A stretch of DNA of 33,029 nt. Origin: a virus. Lineage: Duplodnaviria > Caudoviricetes. Positions 7,826 to 16,099 of the stretch are shown piece by piece (position 1 is the stretch's first letter; each line of letters opens with the position of its first letter). The notes below the pieces were generated by a model, which worked only from the letters and a program-made list of their open reading frames with translations, was not told the origin of the DNA and made no database searches. The position numbers and the translations under genes are program-made. Location: the IMG/VR virus record IMGVR_UViG_3300044233_001339, positions 1 through 33,029 of that record; one strand, 5' to 3'.

Positions 7826-9762
7826 TAATTTATCCTCTCTTTTGCTGAAATTTCTCTTTCCTTAAGAAGTCTATCTGCTAACTTTAATCTTTTTTCAAAC
7901 TCTTTATCATCTTGAGTTCCTTGTCTAATATTAGCGGTAATAGCTTTTAGTTTATCAATTTCTAACTCTTCAGGAATTATATCAGCTTCCGTAGCTAATT
8001 TAGCGGCTCTAGCTTGCGATTCTAAAGCTTGTCCATTTAACGCGGCAGTTTGTGAAGCTTGGAAAGCCAACTGAGATTCTTGTGAAGCAATTTGTGCTTC
8101 TTGAGCTTGTGGATCAGGCTGATTAGCTTGTGCTAACGCTTCTATCAACTGTTCACGGTTAGATAAATTCATGTTATCTATAATTGACATAATTAACTGA
8201 GAATACATTGGTGTTTCAGGTGACATTGTTTGTAACAACTGAACAAGTTGTGATACTTCATATTCTCTAGCAATAATACCTAAAGAGCTTGAAGTGTGAA
8301 ACTTGTAATCAGCAACAGGATATTCTTCAGGGGAAAACTGCATATATCTGTGTGCGGCTTTTGTTACAAATGGAATCAAAAAAGATTCTTGGAAGTTTAT
8401 CAAAGTTCTTTTGTGTCTTTTAATTATTGCCCCAAGAGACATAGATATACCTGCGGCAGTAGCGTCCCCATTTATTGAACCGGGAATACCTGCTGAATCA
8501 ATAGCTCCTGTAGCTGTTTGAACCATTTTTTGTAAAGCATCTGCTTGTGCAAATGTAAGTTGATTTATATTACCAAAATTAAATGGCTTTAACACTTCAT
8601 TTGGTGAACCATTAGTTAGTATCACTTTACCGGCTCTAACTTCAGGTCTTGTACCCCTAGGTAATCTAGTAGCGTCCATAGCTAACATAGGGTGTATGGT
8701 TAACGCAAGAGCATCTATTCTGGCTCTTATTTCAGCGTCTAAGGCTTTTTGTGAGTTATACCCTTTCTCACATATACCTCTGCCCCAAAACCTGCTAGGA
8801 ACGACATCCCAAGGAAATGCAATGATAGGTCTATCTTCCATCATGTAAGGATTAGCTTCTGCTTTTAACAAATCACCTTCATTAGCAATAACAACAATAG
8901 CTTCTACATATTGACTTTTGTTATTATCTTCTTCAGTTAAATCTTCTATTTCAGAATCTTCTTCTATTTGAGCTTTCTCAAGTAAGTACCTAGGGACTAA
9001 ACCATAATACTTTAAAAGTCTAACTTTATTATCTGAATATGAGATAGCATCTGTTTCTGGTTCGATATCAAAATCAGGAGGTGATGTTCCTATCTCTATA
9101 TCTCTATATATTCCTTTTTCCTGAGCTAACTCAACGGAATGTAAAGATACAAACTCATCTACTGCAACACCCATTGATTCTTCAATGGAAGTAGCTATAG
9201 GATCAATTAAAAAGTTTTGAGGCATCACAGGACGGAGCTTAACACATATTTTATCCTTTATGTTTACTCCAACAGCAGTTAAATTACCATCCATGACCGG
9301 TTGAGTAGCAGGAGTCATGTCTTTTTCTTCTTCAAGGACAATTTCTGCAATTCCTGTGCCAAAAACTGCTGAATTTATAAGACATTCCGCAATTCCTTTG
9401 CGAATTTTGTTCTTTTTAAAGTCTTTTAGAAGAGTTTCCCTTAAATATGCTATATCTTGCTTTTGTGGATCAGCAACATCGTCTTCAATATCAAACCATC
9501 GGCCTCTACCAAAGGTAGCTTCCTCTAATTCAGCTACAGCAGACTCAACTGCTTGCTGAAGTGCCGGGCTTACTATTCTAGATCGCTCTGAGCTTCTTGT
9601 TCTATCCTCTCCAGACCATTGACCTCTCCATAATCTATAGTATTCATCAAATTTTCTGGAATAATTAGTATCAAAGTGGTTTCTCCAGTCTAAACACTTG
9701 TCAAGAACCCAACCTTCTAAAGTTTCTTCGATCATAAAGTTTTCATTATCGCCATAAGCCAT
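7825..9762 (-). CDS. Portal protein
   Basis: 645 aa directly after TerL; FWGRG motif; Gln/Ala-rich C-terminal helix like the P22-type portal barrel. Confidence 0.85.
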   Translation of the reverse strand: MAYGDNENFMIEETLEGWVLDKCLDWRNHFDTNYSRKFDEYYRLWRGQWSGEDRTRSSERSRIVSPALQQAVESAVAELEEATFGRGRWFDIEDDVADPQKQDIAYLRETLLKDFKKNKIRKGIAECLINSAVFGTGIAEIVLEEEKDMTPATQPVMDGNLTAVGVNIKDKICVKLRPVMPQNFLIDPIATSIEESMGVAVDEFVSLHSVELAQEKGIYRDIEIGTSPPDFDIEPETDAISYSDNKVRLLKYYGLVPRYLLEKAQIEEDSEIEDLTEEDNNKSQYVEAIVVIANEGDLLKAEANPYMMEDRPIIAFPWDVVPSRFWGRGICEKGYNSQKALDAEIRARIDALALTIHPMLAMDATRLPRGTRPEVRAGKVILTNGSPNEVLKPFNFGNINQLTFAQADALQKMVQTATGAIDSAGIPGSINGDATAAGISMSLGAIIKRHKRTLINFQESFLIPFVTKAAHRYMQFSPEEYPVADYKFHTSSSLGIIAREYEVSQLVQLLQTMSPETPMYSQLIMSIIDNMNLSNREQLIEALAQANQPDPQAQEAQIASQESQLAFQASQTAALNGQALESQARAAKLATEADIIPEELEIDKLKAITANIRQGTQDDKEFEKRLKLADRLLKEREISAKERIN

Positions 9763-9763
9763 A

Positions 9764-11017
9764 TTAATATCCTGTGTATGCGTCTAAAAGTTCATATTCT
9801 TCTTCTTCAAAGTCAGAAGTATACGCTATATTTGCTAATTGATCAACATATGCCAAAGAATCAATTAAATCATCATGGACTAAAGGGTTTGGAAACTGAA
9901 ATAACTCATCTAAAAACTGTGTATTCCAATCACCTTTATTTAAAACTATAGCTCCATGCTCAAAACGACCTTGTAAAGCCCAAACAATGCGGTCAGTTTT
10001 CTTTTTATTACCATGAGTAAGCTCATCTACACGAAAAAACCTTTGGTGTTTCTTCATTAAGTCACTTAAATATGGCAGTACTGCGTTTTTTAGTGCTCCT
10101 TTCTCTATACCTACGGCGACAGGGCGGTACTCAGCTACAGCTTCAAATATTTTCCTTGCTGTTTTTTCCACACCCCATCTACCGTGAATAATATTTGCTA
10201 CCCACCATCCGTCTTCATTTGCTTTAACAACGGATATTGCGGTTTGATCCAGACGTTTTGTTTTTGTAGTCACTTTGTTAACGTCTGCAAAACCCGCAAG
10301 GTCTACTGCAATGTAATATTCACCGGTATCAGGTTCCTCCTCGGAAAACTTTACGTATTTTTCCTTAAATAGTTCTGAGTCCTGAGCTTCAAAGGAAGCC
10401 ATAAATTCTTGTCTAAAGGAAAATGCTGACATTGATTGCTTTGCCGCATTGATTTCCTCTTCATCCAACAACGGATTATCATAGCTTGTAAAATGATATC
10501 CTTTAAATGACTCATCTTCAGACATACAAGCATATGTATATAATTCATAAAAGTGATTCCTACCCATTGGTGTTCCAATAAATAGAGCGTCACCTTTCTG
10601 ATCCGCAAGTGCCGGACGTAATATCTGTTCCCATACTTCCGGTTTCATGTCGGCATACTCGTCCATGACAAGAAACCTAAGACTGACCCCTCGCATCGTT
10701 TCGGGTCTGTCTGCTCCTTTTAGAGCTATGGTAGCACCGTTTACTAATTTTATTTGTAAGTTATTTACATGGCTTGATGCAATAACGGAATGACCTAACT
10801 CCATCAAGACTTGCCACATAATATCTCTAGCCTGACCTTGGGTTGGTGCTACGTAGAACACATGACCCCTGTCTGCTTGGAGTCCTCTAATGATTAACAT
10901 CCAAGCGGCTAACCTACTTTTTCCTGTTCGTCTACCTGCGGCAATAACTTTAAATCTTGTGGTATCGTTAAAGACTTCCTGTTGCCAAGGAAGTAACGAT
11001 ACGTTTAACTCAGTCAA
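9764..11017 (-). CDS. terL: Terminase large subunit
   Basis: Walker A AGRRTGKS, Walker B LVMDE, IGTP coupling motif, nuclease VDLAG and HDDLIDS. Confidence 0.95.
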   Translation of the reverse strand: MTELNVSLLPWQQEVFNDTTRFKVIAAGRRTGKSRLAAWMLIIRGLQADRGHVFYVAPTQGQARDIMWQVLMELGHSVIASSHVNNLQIKLVNGATIALKGADRPETMRGVSLRFLVMDEYADMKPEVWEQILRPALADQKGDALFIGTPMGRNHFYELYTYACMSEDESFKGYHFTSYDNPLLDEEEINAAKQSMSAFSFRQEFMASFEAQDSELFKEKYVKFSEEEPDTGEYYIAVDLAGFADVNKVTTKTKRLDQTAISVVKANEDGWWVANIIHGRWGVEKTARKIFEAVAEYRPVAVGIEKGALKNAVLPYLSDLMKKHQRFFRVDELTHGNKKKTDRIVWALQGRFEHGAIVLNKGDWNTQFLDELFQFPNPLVHDDLIDSLAYVDQLANIAYTSDFEEEEYELLDAYTGY

Positions 11018-11376
11018 CTATACGTCCACATCACCGGAGTTATAGAATCAGAACCCCAATCACGAGTATCAACATGGATAAAGCTACGACTAACTCCAAT
11101 TCCTGAAAAACCCAATTCGATAGCCTTCTGGACCAATCGATACCTTTGTGTGCCATCCACGACTTTAATGTCTGCGGCATGTCCTTGTGAGTGTTGTCCT
11201 GCAATTTTTTTCTTAGCCTCTATTGGATGTGATGGTGAACGATAACCACTAGTTATAATAAACGGAAACCCACAAGCTTCTCTTAGCTCATCGAGCTTCT
11301 CAATAAATTCATCTTTTATTTTATTTGTGCCGGTGTATTGACACACAAACTCTTCTCTTGTAAAATACTTAGCCAT
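11014..11376 (-). CDS. Peptidase M15A family (likely endolysin)
   Basis: SGYRS, H..GHAADI, FIHVD zinc-ligand motifs. Confidence 0.85.
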   Translation of the reverse strand: MAKYFTREEFVCQYTGTNKIKDEFIEKLDELREACGFPFIITSGYRSPSHPIEAKKKIAGQHSQGHAADIKVVDGTQRYRLVQKAIELGFSGIGVSRSFIHVDTRDWGSDSITPVMWTYS

Positions 11377-11740
11377 CTATTACATCTCCTTCTATCGGGT
11401 CAGGTTGTATGACAGTCTCTCCTACACCTGTAATGTTTATCTGTATGGCTGACCTACCTGCTCCTTTTACTACGTCTTTTTCAAAGACAGCAGTTGGTAA
11501 TATTCTGTCCATAACAAGCTTCCATGCCGCCGCTTGATTCTTATGGTCATCATTTAGAGCCGCATCGAATATCGACTCTAATACTTTTCTCGACTTTGGG
11601 GAAGACAACATCCTCCCTTTGTATTCATTGATTATTGCGGCATCACCTTTGGGCCTACCGCGAGACAATCCAGTCTTCCCTCTTTCCCTAGAGACCATTT
11701 CATTCTTCTTAGGACGGCCTCTCTTTACTTTAGTATTCAT
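11369..11740 (-). CDS. terS: Terminase small subunit (putative)
   Basis: 123 aa; RGRP motifs; helical core; first gene of the packaging operon. Confidence 0.65.
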   Translation of the reverse strand: MNTKVKRGRPKKNEMVSRERGKTGLSRGRPKGDAAIINEYKGRMLSSPKSRKVLESIFDAALNDDHKNQAAAWKLVMDRILPTAVFEKDVVKGAGRSAIQINITGVGETVIQPDPIEGDVIDG

Positions 11741-11842
11741 AAGTATACTCTTCGTTATCTTTAGTATGTTATTTATTAAATAAACTTAATAAACAAACTA
11801 AAGGCTTTTAGGTTTACTTTATTAACTTTAGTTATCCTTTCT

Positions 11843-11871
11843 ATTATAGCATATTTTTAGCCATTTGTCAA
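11843..11871 (-). promoter_or_regulatory. Consensus sigma70 promoter for the packaging operon
   Basis: TTGACA-17 nt-TATAAT with extended -10 TG. Confidence 0.9.
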
Positions 11872-11937
11872 GCTTTTCTTGTGTGTCCTTTTATTGTCTG
11901 TGTACGTCATATGGGGGCCGATCAGATTTCACTTGTA

Positions 11938-11950
11938 AATCAATAGCTTA
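11938..11950 (+). promoter_or_regulatory. IHF-binding consensus site
   Basis: AATCAATAGCTTA matches WATCAANNNNTTR exactly, in the main non-coding region. Confidence 0.55.
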
Positions 11951-12048
11951 CATAAGGGGCCAAAGGAGTCTTTTTTTTCTAATTTAGCCTTTTTTGTATA
12001 CATGCGGGTACACTAAGACTCTCGCGATTCGCCAGACCCTCCCGCCCC

Positions 12049-12077
12049 ATGGTAACATTTTTGAATCCAAAAGTCAA
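12049..12077 (-). promoter_or_regulatory. Leftward sigma70-like promoter in the intergenic/terminal region
   Basis: TTGACT-17 nt-TACCAT with extended -10 TG. Confidence 0.6.
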
Positions 12078-12234
12078 CAAAAGAAATCACAAGAATCCCC
12101 GGGGAAACACAAAGGGGCTCTCAAGTCAACAAGTGTGAGTGACCGAGCGGGTGCTATTAGTCACCCTTTATGATTGACTATCATATTCTTGTGTGTAACT
12201 ATCGGGATTCATTCATTAATAAAGGCTTATATAT

Positions 12235-12420
12235 ATGAGTTATTACAAAAGGAAAAAAGCAAGGGAAGCCCGGCGAATTATTAAGTATGTTCTCACGTGG
12301 TGTTTTGTATTGCTTCCGGCGGCTTTGTTCTTTGGGGAGCTTGCGAGCTTAGGCATCAATAAGACCCCGGGAATCATTACCACTCTGATATTAGAACATC
12401 AGAACAACATAAACCAATAA
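12235..12420 (+). CDS. Early hypothetical membrane protein
   Basis: 61 aa; basic N-terminus then one TM helix; AAGG RBS. Confidence 0.55.
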   Translation: MSYYKRKKAREARRIIKYVLTWCFVLLPAALFFGELASLGINKTPGIITTLILEHQNNINQ

Positions 12421-12433
12421 AGGATAAAATAAA

Positions 12434-12730
12434 ATGAGATATAGAAGCTATGAAAGAACCCCGAGGAATCCGCGAGAGCTGAGCCAATCGGATGTTAAAT
12501 TGTGTCAATTATATGATTTGATTTATTTCGCAAGTGGTGAAGTTGAAGAGTTAAACGGGGAAGAACTAAAAACCCATGAGTATTCGGTTCACAGGGCTGA
12601 GAGATTATTAAATGAAGCTTTAGAAGTAATTGGGGACATTGTAAAAGATAGGCAACCGCTCCCGGTGATAGAGTCTAACTACTTCACTAGTAAAGCAGAT
12701 TATTATCGAATAGAAAAGGGGGCTCTATAA
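12434..12730 (+). CDS. Early hypothetical protein
   Basis: 98 aa; AAGGA RBS. Confidence 0.7.
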   Translation: MRYRSYERTPRNPRELSQSDVKLCQLYDLIYFASGEVEELNGEELKTHEYSVHRAERLLNEALEVIGDIVKDRQPLPVIESNYFTSKADYYRIEKGAL

Positions 12731-12840
12731 TGGACGAGCGTTACAACGTGCCGGAAGTGGTTAAGGTATTTATTGAAAACTACGAAGAGCCACAAGGCGA
12801 AGAACAACCAATAGAAGAGGTTAAAGCATGCCCAGAGTAA
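12730..12840 (+). CDS. Small acidic early protein (36 aa; not in the ORF track)
   Basis: MDERYNVPEVVKVFIENYEEPQGEEQPIEEVKACPE; TAATG coupling; GGGGG RBS. Confidence 0.6.
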   Translation: MDERYNVPEVVKVFIENYEEPQGEEQPIEEVKACPE

Positions 12841-13043
12841 TCAGAAAAGAGGGCTCACCCGTGGCCCTAAGATTTCACGGATTAAAACAATTTAAAAAGG
12901 ATTTCTCGCATCATTTTAAAGAGTCCGATAATTATTATACGTTTAAATCATTAGCCCATTTTAGCCGGGGCATTTTTGATGCAAGATATACAGTGATCAA
13001 TGGCGACTTAAAGAAAACCGGCGATATTTGGATTTGTGATTAA
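12828..13043 (+). CDS. Early hypothetical protein
   Basis: 71 aa; GAGGT RBS; followed by a terminator. Confidence 0.7.
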   Translation: MPRVIRKEGSPVALRFHGLKQFKKDFSHHFKESDNYYTFKSLAHFSRGIFDARYTVINGDLKKTGDIWICD

Positions 13044-13062
13044 TCAAAATTAACTCCCATTT

Positions 13063-13088
13063 GCCCCGGTTTATCCGGGGTTTTTTTT
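13063..13088 (+). terminator. Rho-independent terminator
   Basis: GCCCCGG-TTTAT-CCGGGGT plus a long T tract. Confidence 0.9.
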
Positions 13089-13089
13089 G

Positions 13090-13119
13090 TTTACAGTAAA
13101 TTGATTAGTATGCTATAAT
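13090..13119 (+). promoter_or_regulatory. sigma70 promoter
   Basis: TTTACA-18 nt-TATAAT with extended -10 TG, immediately after the terminator. Confidence 0.75.
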
Positions 13120-13140
13120 AATAGAACGGAGGTACTATTT

Positions 13141-13896
13141 ATGAGAACATTAACAAAACAACGGGCAACCGTTAAGAGTTTACCCAGTAAAAAGGGTTTC
13201 ATATTATACGAGGGTCCTAGCGTCCTTGATGGGTCACCGATTGTTTGTATCGCGACTCTCTCGACTAGTAACAGAAAAACTGGCGCAATGGTTCAGACGT
13301 GGATAATACGAGCTGATAAGGACCCAGTGACCGCGAGCAAATTGGGCGATGATGTCTCGATCTGTGGTAATTGTCCCCTACGTCATCACACTGGCGGGGC
13401 GTGTTATGTTAATATAGGACAAGCTCCGCGGGCTATCTTTGACGGATTCATCCGCGGCATTTATGAGCCCTTTGATTATAATCAGCATAAGGGCTACTTT
13501 TCGGGCCGCAAGGTTCGATTAGGTGCATACGGTGACCCGGCGGCGGTTCCCTTTGATATTCTTAATATAATTGTGGATTTGTCCGCCGGTCACACGGGTT
13601 ACACTCACCAGATAAAGCACAAGAACTTTGATAAAAGAATTATGCGAATTTGTATGGTTTCAGCGGATAGCCCTAAGCAAGCCCTAAAGTATCAATCAAT
13701 GGGAGCTCATACTTTCCGCGTGGCTTTAGCTAACGATGCTCTGTTTGATAATGAAATTGAATGTCTAGCGGATTCAAAGGGTCTCTCGTGCCTTGAGTGC
13801 GGCCTGTGTGATGGTCAAACAAAAAATATAGCAATCGCGGTGCATGGTTCGCGCTCTTCTCGGTTCAAGTCTAACTTAATCGCGGTCGGCGGTTAA
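13141..13896 (+). CDS. Cys-rich putative Fe-S protein (gp88-like / radical-SAM-like fold, inferred)
   Basis: 251 aa; NRKTG, CGNC-x9-CY, RLGAYGDP, GYTH, C-terminal C...CLECGLC...HG; GGAGGT RBS. Confidence 0.55.
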   Translation: MRTLTKQRATVKSLPSKKGFILYEGPSVLDGSPIVCIATLSTSNRKTGAMVQTWIIRADKDPVTASKLGDDVSICGNCPLRHHTGGACYVNIGQAPRAIFDGFIRGIYEPFDYNQHKGYFSGRKVRLGAYGDPAAVPFDILNIIVDLSAGHTGYTHQIKHKNFDKRIMRICMVSADSPKQALKYQSMGAHTFRVALANDALFDNEIECLADSKGLSCLECGLCDGQTKNIAIAVHGSRSSRFKSNLIAVGG

Positions 13897-13932
13897 AGTA
13901 ATAATTTATATTTTACAGAGAGAGGTAAAAAA

Positions 13933-14133
13933 GTGAGTAATATCAATAACTTAACGCCTAAGCTGCTGGAAATTCTAGAAATTTCTGACAAGCTTTCAGA
14001 GGCTATTTGTGCAATAAATTCAGATGAGCATCGAATCCCTTGGAGGGTTTTAAATGAATTAATGAAGCTAGAAAAAGCGGCTTTACTTTTTAACGAAAAA
14101 ATAAATAAATCGGAGGCAATAAACGGATGCTAA
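13933..14133 (+). CDS. Hypothetical protein
   Basis: 66 aa; GTG start with GAGGT RBS. Confidence 0.65.
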   Translation: MSNINNLTPKLLEILEISDKLSEAICAINSDEHRIPWRVLNELMKLEKAALLFNEKINKSEAINGC

Positions 14134-14348
14134 CAATCGAGGAGGAATTAATTTTAATTGAAACTGAAGCGGAAAGCCGTGACGTTGACGCGGTCGAATT
14201 GTTAGAGTTAATCAGAAAAAAACTCTCAGAAAAAAACGATTTGGGTGAATACGCTGAACATTTGGAAAAAATTATTTGCAGTTTTAACACGGGCGAAGCT
14301 TTTGAAAAAATCGCTCATCACATAACCTATGAAATGGAGGAGTACTAA
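14127..14348 (+). CDS. Acidic hypothetical protein
   Basis: 73 aa; GGAGG RBS. Confidence 0.7.
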   Translation: MLTIEEELILIETEAESRDVDAVELLELIRKKLSEKNDLGEYAEHLEKIICSFNTGEAFEKIAHHITYEMEEY

Positions 14349-14351
14349 AAG

Positions 14352-14690
14352 ATGGAAAGTAACTTAAAAAATGAGGTTTATGAGACTTTGTCCATAATGC
14401 CGGAAATGGTCACAGTTGAAGAAACTGACCCCATGTGGGATTTAAAAAGCATGCAAGATTTTGTTGGAGGTTTAATTGAAAGAATACCTCTATACAATGG
14501 CGATGATCTGGTAATCAATGAAGAGGGTTTATATTTGGATTTACCGATCAATGTGAAAGCTACCGAAATATTTTTCACCAGTATTGGTAACGGTAATAGA
14601 AACGAAGGTGTTGAATGGGCCAGAAAAAAACGTATAACACCTATTGTTGGAGATGTTTTACTATTTAAAGGGGGAATGAGAGATGCCTAG
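14352..14690 (+). CDS. DUF3846-like protein
   Basis: MQDFVGGLIE...LVINEEG...LPINVKAT...IVGDVL pattern. Confidence 0.7.
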   Translation: MESNLKNEVYETLSIMPEMVTVEETDPMWDLKSMQDFVGGLIERIPLYNGDDLVINEEGLYLDLPINVKATEIFFTSIGNGNRNEGVEWARKKRITPIVGDVLLFKGGMRDA

Positions 14691-14865
14691 AGAATTGGCT
14701 GATATTTGGGGTGATCAATACGAAGCAATGATTGACCCTTTTTGGGACGTTGCGGGAAAATCTGAAGAGCTCGCAGAAACTTACGAGTCACGCCATGAGT
14801 ATGAGGAGGATATGGAACTCAAAAGAGCTGAGATGATGGAGGAGGTTTACTTAAACAGTAAGTAA
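14683..14865 (+). CDS. Highly acidic hypothetical protein
   Basis: 60 aa, Glu/Asp-rich; GGGGG RBS. Confidence 0.65.
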   Translation: MPRELADIWGDQYEAMIDPFWDVAGKSEELAETYESRHEYEEDMELKRAEMMEEVYLNSK

Positions 14866-14870
14866 CTGAG

Positions 14871-14896
14871 AAGCCCATTCTAACGAGTGGGTTTTC
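14871..14896 (+). terminator. Stem-loop / weak terminator
   Basis: GCCCATTC-TAAC-GAGTGGGT followed by TTT. Confidence 0.6.
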
Positions 14897-14928
14897 AATT
14901 ATTTACTTTAAAAAAGAGGGATAAGTAT

Positions 14929-15156
14929 ATGTTTACAAAGAGATTTGGAAGAAAGCACTTGACATTTGAGTTCAGAAATGGTACAGGACTTGATATTGAA
15001 TTTGCTGATTCCAGACCCGTGTGGATTATTGATACAGAAACCGGGGAATTAAGTGCAATGGCTTTTAAAGGTATTATTTTACTTTTACCGCTAATTGTGA
15101 TAACATATGGAGAAGTACATCAAGAAATGGAGGTAATATTTGATGGGAAAACTTAA
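14929..15156 (+). CDS. Hypothetical protein
   Basis: Start moved to ATG 14929 (GAGGG RBS); the longer GTG start lies inside the hairpin. Confidence 0.7.
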   Translation: MFTKRFGRKHLTFEFRNGTGLDIEFADSRPVWIIDTETGELSAMAFKGIILLLPLIVITYGEVHQEMEVIFDGKT

Positions 15157-15391
15157 ACAACTTTTAATCGATAACGAAGAGTTTAACAACGGAGTCGAAG
15201 AGTTACGCCTTGAACCAGAACAACGTGAGGAAATGGTTGATGAAATGGTTGAGCATGATCTGGCTTATTTAAGCCTAGATGCCGCTAGACAACTAGCAAA
15301 GGACGCACTCCGAGATTCATACAAAGCTTTTTCAGATTCCGAGATAAAGTTTACATATAATCGCGGCATAGGGCGATATGAGCAGATGTAA
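15143..15391 (+). CDS. Hypothetical protein
   Basis: GGAGGT RBS; acidic and helical. Confidence 0.7.
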   Translation: MGKLKQLLIDNEEFNNGVEELRLEPEQREEMVDEMVEHDLAYLSLDAARQLAKDALRDSYKAFSDSEIKFTYNRGIGRYEQM

Positions 15392-15596
15392 AGCCTGTGA
15401 TGTCATTTTGACTGATTTCGAGATGACACGGAAGGAAAAGATCAACTGGTTAACTAGGAGAAATCTTAGGCCAGATAAGTATCTTGATCTTTGTCTAAAG
15501 TGTCTCTCGATATCAAATGAAGCTTTACTTGAAGGTAAAAATAAAATTGAAAACAGAAGTTATGAAGAGGTTATGGAGCTATTAAATGACCAATGA
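15378..15596 (+). CDS. Small zinc-finger protein
   Basis: CKAC...CLKC. Confidence 0.7.
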   Translation: MSRCKACDVILTDFEMTRKEKINWLTRRNLRPDKYLDLCLKCLSISNEALLEGKNKIENRSYEEVMELLNDQ

Positions 15597-15618
15597 TGAC
15601 TTTTCGGTCACAGTTATT

Positions 15619-15648
15619 TTACTTCTTTCCGTGTTATTATGTTATAAT
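15619..15648 (+). promoter_or_regulatory. Extended -10 promoter for the replication operon
   Basis: TGTTATAAT; weak -35 (TTACTT); AT-rich leader follows. Confidence 0.65.
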
Positions 15649-15727
15649 ATCCTTAAGTACTTTAGTTTTTTATTTAATTAATATTCTTTAGTACTAAATT
15701 AAACTAAACAAACCAAAGAGGTAAAGT

Positions 15728-16099
15728 ATGTCAGTAGATATATTAGAAGGTAAAGTAGCCTTCCAGAATCTAGAGGAACCTGAGTTTTATCAAGGACAAT
15801 CAACTGGTAAATACTCTATTGTTTTGTCTCTAGACGAGAAGACATCCAATAAGTTATTAGATATTGGTGTCAAATTAAAAGAGTACGAAGGTGTCAAACA
15901 AAGAAAATTCTCAACGAAGTACAAAGTGCCTATCTTTGATACTGATGGGACTCCGTTTGAAGGTGAGATACCTAGAGGTTCAAAGGTGAGAGTAATGTAC
16001 ACGGAAGGTAATGAACATCCGGTGCATGGTACAGCTACTTACTTAAATAAAGTTAAAGTTATTGAGTTAAATGAACCACTCGGAGATGGTGACTTTTGA
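15728..16099 (+). CDS. Single-stranded DNA-binding protein (T7 gp2.5-like, compact)
   Basis: OB-fold-like pattern (GKYSI, RGSKVRV); acidic tail ending in Phe; directly before primase-helicase. Confidence 0.7.
   Translation: MSVDILEGKVAFQNLEEPEFYQGQSTGKYSIVLSLDEKTSNKLLDIGVKLKEYEGVKQRKFSTKYKVPIFDTDGTPFEGEIPRGSKVRVMYTEGNEHPVHGTATYLNKVKVIELNEPLGDGDF

Noticed and set aside
11872-12234. tRNA gene or att site
   Set aside because: No cloverleaf with a T-loop/CCA recognisable, and no integrase in the window
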